Shown piece by piece: positions 61,322-64,000 of a stretch of 64,000 bases of DNA. A program made the position numbers and the translations under genes. Each line of letters opens with the position of its first letter. Position 1 is the first letter of the stretch. The DNA is from Candidatus Saccharimonadota bacterium (lineage in GTDB: Bacteria; Patescibacteriota; Saccharimonadia; Saccharimonadales; Saccharimonadaceae): positions 7,054 through 71,053 of the forward strand of contig JAFRCT010000001.1 of NCBI GenBank assembly GCA_017404245.1. The letters are read 5' to 3'. The notes beneath the pieces were generated by a model. It saw only the letters and a list, made by a program, of their open reading frames with translations, was not told where the DNA came from and did not search any database.

Positions 61322-64000
61322 ATGAGCTTAACAAAGAAATTATTTAACTGTTTGACCGCCGCAGTGGTTGCGCTAGCGTCGGTACCCTTTGCTGCTGGCA
61401 ATGCTTTTGCCGCCGAAGGAAATAATGGCGGCCAAGGCGAAACTTCGCCTAGTGTTCAGAGCGATGCGCCCGCTACAAGCAAACGTTTGATTCCGAATTT
61501 GGACGAGGACGGGAACGAGGATGGTACCTATACGCTTGCACTAAGCGTAACTGGTGATACTTCGAGTTCTTCCACTACGGAAGCAACTAAGGCTAATGTA
61601 ATTTTGGCCGTAGATACATCTAACTCTATGAATGGGGACAGCGGAACCCCTGGTGTTTCCAGAATACAAGCTGAAAAAGATGCGCTTACGAAAGACAACG
61701 GCATTATTGATAACTTGCTTAAACAAAATGTACCTGGGGACGCCATAAAGTCCGACATTATTGAGGTGGGGCTGGTTAACTTTGGCAACAGTGGGCAAAA
61801 ATCCCTTGATCCAACCACTAATTCGACACGACTTAAGTCTACGATTAACGATTTAACTACTTCTACGGGTACTAACTGGGAAGAGGGTCTAAAGCAAGCA
61901 CGCGCTATGGCGGATAGCCTCAAAACCGCTCAACCGAATGAAGATATATATATTATATTCTTGACCGACGGTGAGCCGACCACTCATGAGGGTGATTATA
62001 CCGTTAGTACCAACTATGCTACGGAATGGGGATATGCCAATGACGATGCACGCGGAATTGTTGAAGCTGGCTATAAGTTTTATGCACTATTTACTTGGGG
62101 TAGTGGGAACAGCTCGCACTATCTTTCGAGCCTTGTGCAATATGCCTATACTGGAGCTGGAAACTCCAACACGAGTCTTTCTGCGGACTATGCACAATAT
62201 TTTACGGATGCTAGCGACACGACCACGCTTATTTCTGCCTTGGCCCAAATCGTAAATGATATTACTACTGGCGTGGGCTACATTGGCGTGGAGCTAACCG
62301 ACGGTGTTACTGAAATGACTGATTCTAACGTGAGAACCAGTGTAAGTGGCGAGATTACGGGGCTAAGATACTATCGTAGTGGTGGAAGTTACAGCGAAAC
62401 TGCCAACAATGGACTAGGCGAGGAGTGGACAGATGCGCCACACGCAACCGTGAACGCAAATGGCGAGCTGGACTGGAGCCTAGGTGCAAACCTTGTACTA
62501 GAGAAAGGCGTAACATATACCGTGGCCTTTACGGTTTGGCCAAAACAAGAGTCGCTTGACCTTGTGGCGGCATTAAACAACGGCGATGTTGAGTATGATT
62601 CCCTTTCTAGCGAAGAAAAAGGCCAAGTAATTAAGTCTGGCGAGGTCTATACGCTTAAGACTAACACCGATTTTCCAAGCGTTACGTATTCTATTATTAC
62701 TACCCGAACCGTAAACGGCGAGGTTAGTACCGTTATTTCCGAGCCTAAGATTTCGGACATTACCAACCCAGAGCCAGTGGCGCTATCTTCGGCGCAACTA
62801 GGGGTAAAGAAGTGTTGGAATGATGGCCTAAGCTATCAGCGTGATGATTTTGAGCTGGACACAGAGAGCGGAAAGCACTATGTGGATTTGGACGTTTATA
62901 GAAAAGACGCAGTCGCCAACACGAAGCTTAAAAGCTTTAGAGTATACGAGGGTGAGGGTGATTGCTGGACGACCGCCGAAACGATTGATGTAGCTCCAGG
63001 CATTATGGTAACTAACAGCGAACTTGCTGATGCCGCTAGAAAAGCTTATAGCTTTGAGGGTAAAACCTATTATGTGCTGGAAGATGGGCACGATTATTAT
63101 GTCGACGAGCCAATTTTGGCTACAACTACTCAAGAAAATACACTCCACTATGAGCTAACCAAATATGAATATCACCCGATGCTGATAAATAACAATCTGA
63201 TGAATGTGGTGTTTAGCGAGGACGGCCAAGAAATTGAAGCGCTTGAAGATTTGACAGAGGATGCTTCGCTTAGAGCCGAAAACTCAGTGAAAGGTGGCAT
63301 TGAAGTAAGGAAACAAGTCTATAAAAACGGCAAAAGCGCCAATAATCTAGACGTCGAAACTAACGATACGTTTGATTTAACCTTGACTATTAAGAATGCC
63401 GACGGCACTACTTATAGCTACAAAAATGCTGACGGTTCGGACACAACTTATTACCGCATTTATACCTGTGGGAGTGTGGCAGAGCTTGACGACGCAAATG
63501 CAACTTGTGAGCGCAGTGGCAAAACTTATATCTCTGATGGCATAGTTGAGATAAACGACCTTGGCGTGAAGCAAAAAGTGATTGTGTCGGACGTTAAAGC
63601 TGGCGCAACTTATGAAATAGTAGAGAATACTAGCGAGCTTAAACTTGGGTATGATAAAAATTACGAAGCTGAGTATTTGATTGCTAGAGATGGTGGCGAA
63701 GCAGAGGCTAATGCTGAGCAAGCTGTGGAATTAAACGCTTCGGCCAAAGCCATTGTTAAAAATTATTATTATACAAGTGAGCTTACCATCGAAAAAACCG
63801 TGGAAGCAGCAGAGGGGCTTAACCCTGCTACTTCAAGCTTTGAGTTTGAGGTTGCGATTGAGGGTGAGGACACGCCTCGCAAAGTTACTGTTGAGGCGGG
63901 CAAATCTGTAACAATTGTCGATTTGCCAGTGGGCGCAGAGTACACGGTAACTGAAAACGATTATACTGAGGTTGGGTTTGGCGAAGTTAGAAAAACTGGC
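61322..64000 (+). CDS. Large secreted vWA-domain adhesin/pilus-tip-like protein, 5' part; runs off the window edge
   Basis: Manual translation of the start and sampled segments: signal peptide MSLTKKLFNCLTAAVVALASVPFAAGNAFA; MIDAS VDTSNSM, GTNWEEGL, FLTDGEPT; later Cna-B-like LTIEKTV...FEFEV...LPVGAEYTVTE. Absent from the ORF track, consistent with no stop in the window. Confidence 0.85.
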   Translation, partial: MSLTKKLFNCLTAAVVALASVPFAAGNAFAAEGNNGGQGETSPSVQSDAPATSKRLIPNLDEDGNEDGTYTLALSVTGDTSSSSTTEATKANVILAVDTSNSMNGDSGTPGVSRIQAEKDALTKDNGIIDNLLKQNVPGDAIKSDIIEVGLVNFGNSGQKSLDPTTNSTRLKSTINDLTTSTGTNWEEGLKQARAMADSLKTAQPNEDIYIIFLTDGEPTTHEGDYTVSTNYATEWGYANDDARGIVEAGYKFYALFTWGSGNSSHYLSSLVQYAYTGAGNSNTSLSADYAQYFTDASDTTTLISALAQIVNDITTGVGYIGVELTDGVTEMTDSNVRTSVSGEITGLRYYRSGGSYSETANNGLGEEWTDAPHATVNANGELDWSLGANLVLEKGVTYTVAFTVWPKQESLDLVAALNNGDVEYDSLSSEEKGQVIKSGEVYTLKTNTDFPSVTYSIITTRTVNGEVSTVISEPKISDITNPEPVALSSAQLGVKKCWNDGLSYQRDDFELDTESGKHYVDLDVYRKDAVANTKLKSFRVYEGEGDCWTTAETIDVAPGIMVTNSELADAARKAYSFEGKTYYVLEDGHDYYVDEPILATTTQENTLHYELTKYEYHPMLINNNLMNVVFSEDGQEIEALEDLTEDASLRAENSVKGGIEVRKQVYKNGKSANNLDVETNDTFDLTLTIKNADGTTYSYKNADGSDTTYYRIYTCGSVAELDDANATCERSGKTYISDGIVEINDLGVKQKVIVSDVKAGATYEIVENTSELKLGYDKNYEAEYLIARDGGEAEANAEQAVELNASAKAIVKNYYYTSELTIEKTVEAAEGLNPATSSFEFEVAIEGEDTPRKVTVEAGKSVTIVDLPVGAEYTVTENDYTEVGFGEVRKTG

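Noticed and set aside
1942-63721. Many short antisense or off-frame ORFs in the track (e.g. 42522..42965, 44306..44773, 49996..50460, 61528..61923)
   Set aside because: They are fully nested in well-supported genes, carry no motifs, and look like codon-bias shadows.
1-64000. CRISPR array, integrase, transposase, prophage or reverse transcriptase/DGR
   Set aside because: I found no regularly spaced repeats, no matching protein motifs and no duplicated tRNA 3' att fragments by eye.

Overview
64-kb chromosomal segment of a small-genome bacterium, most likely a host-associated Candidatus Saccharibacteria (TM7, CPR). This is inferred from gene content (gap-rpiB-rpe-pfkB, tandem FemAB genes with murF, GT4-GH57, N-terminally extended L1, a giant secreted Cys-repeat protein), not from an rRNA marker. 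It uses genetic code 11. About 55 CDSs, mostly on the minus strand, and four tRNAs (Tyr-GTA, Ala-GGC, Trp-CCA, Ala-CGC) were found. I saw no CRISPR, integrase, transposase or prophage. The main points worth follow-up: (1) an in-frame DHFR-SHMT (folA-glyA) fusion behind thyA, covering the whole thymidylate cycle; (2) two diverged SAM-methyltransferase-like paralogs with a shared leader motif, flanking a 7TM sensor-like gene that has no output domain; (3) a 2343-aa secreted protein with about 8 Cys-pair repeats and a vWA-like insertion; (4) a class B sortase with candidate substrates; (5) pervasive leaderless and TAATG-coupled gene starts; (6) a promoter/terminator/anti-SD hairpin in front of gap; (7) fragmented ribosomal protein operons with an intact L1 leader; (8) most genes lie on the C-rich strand. 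All protein family calls are from motif recognition by eye, without database searches.
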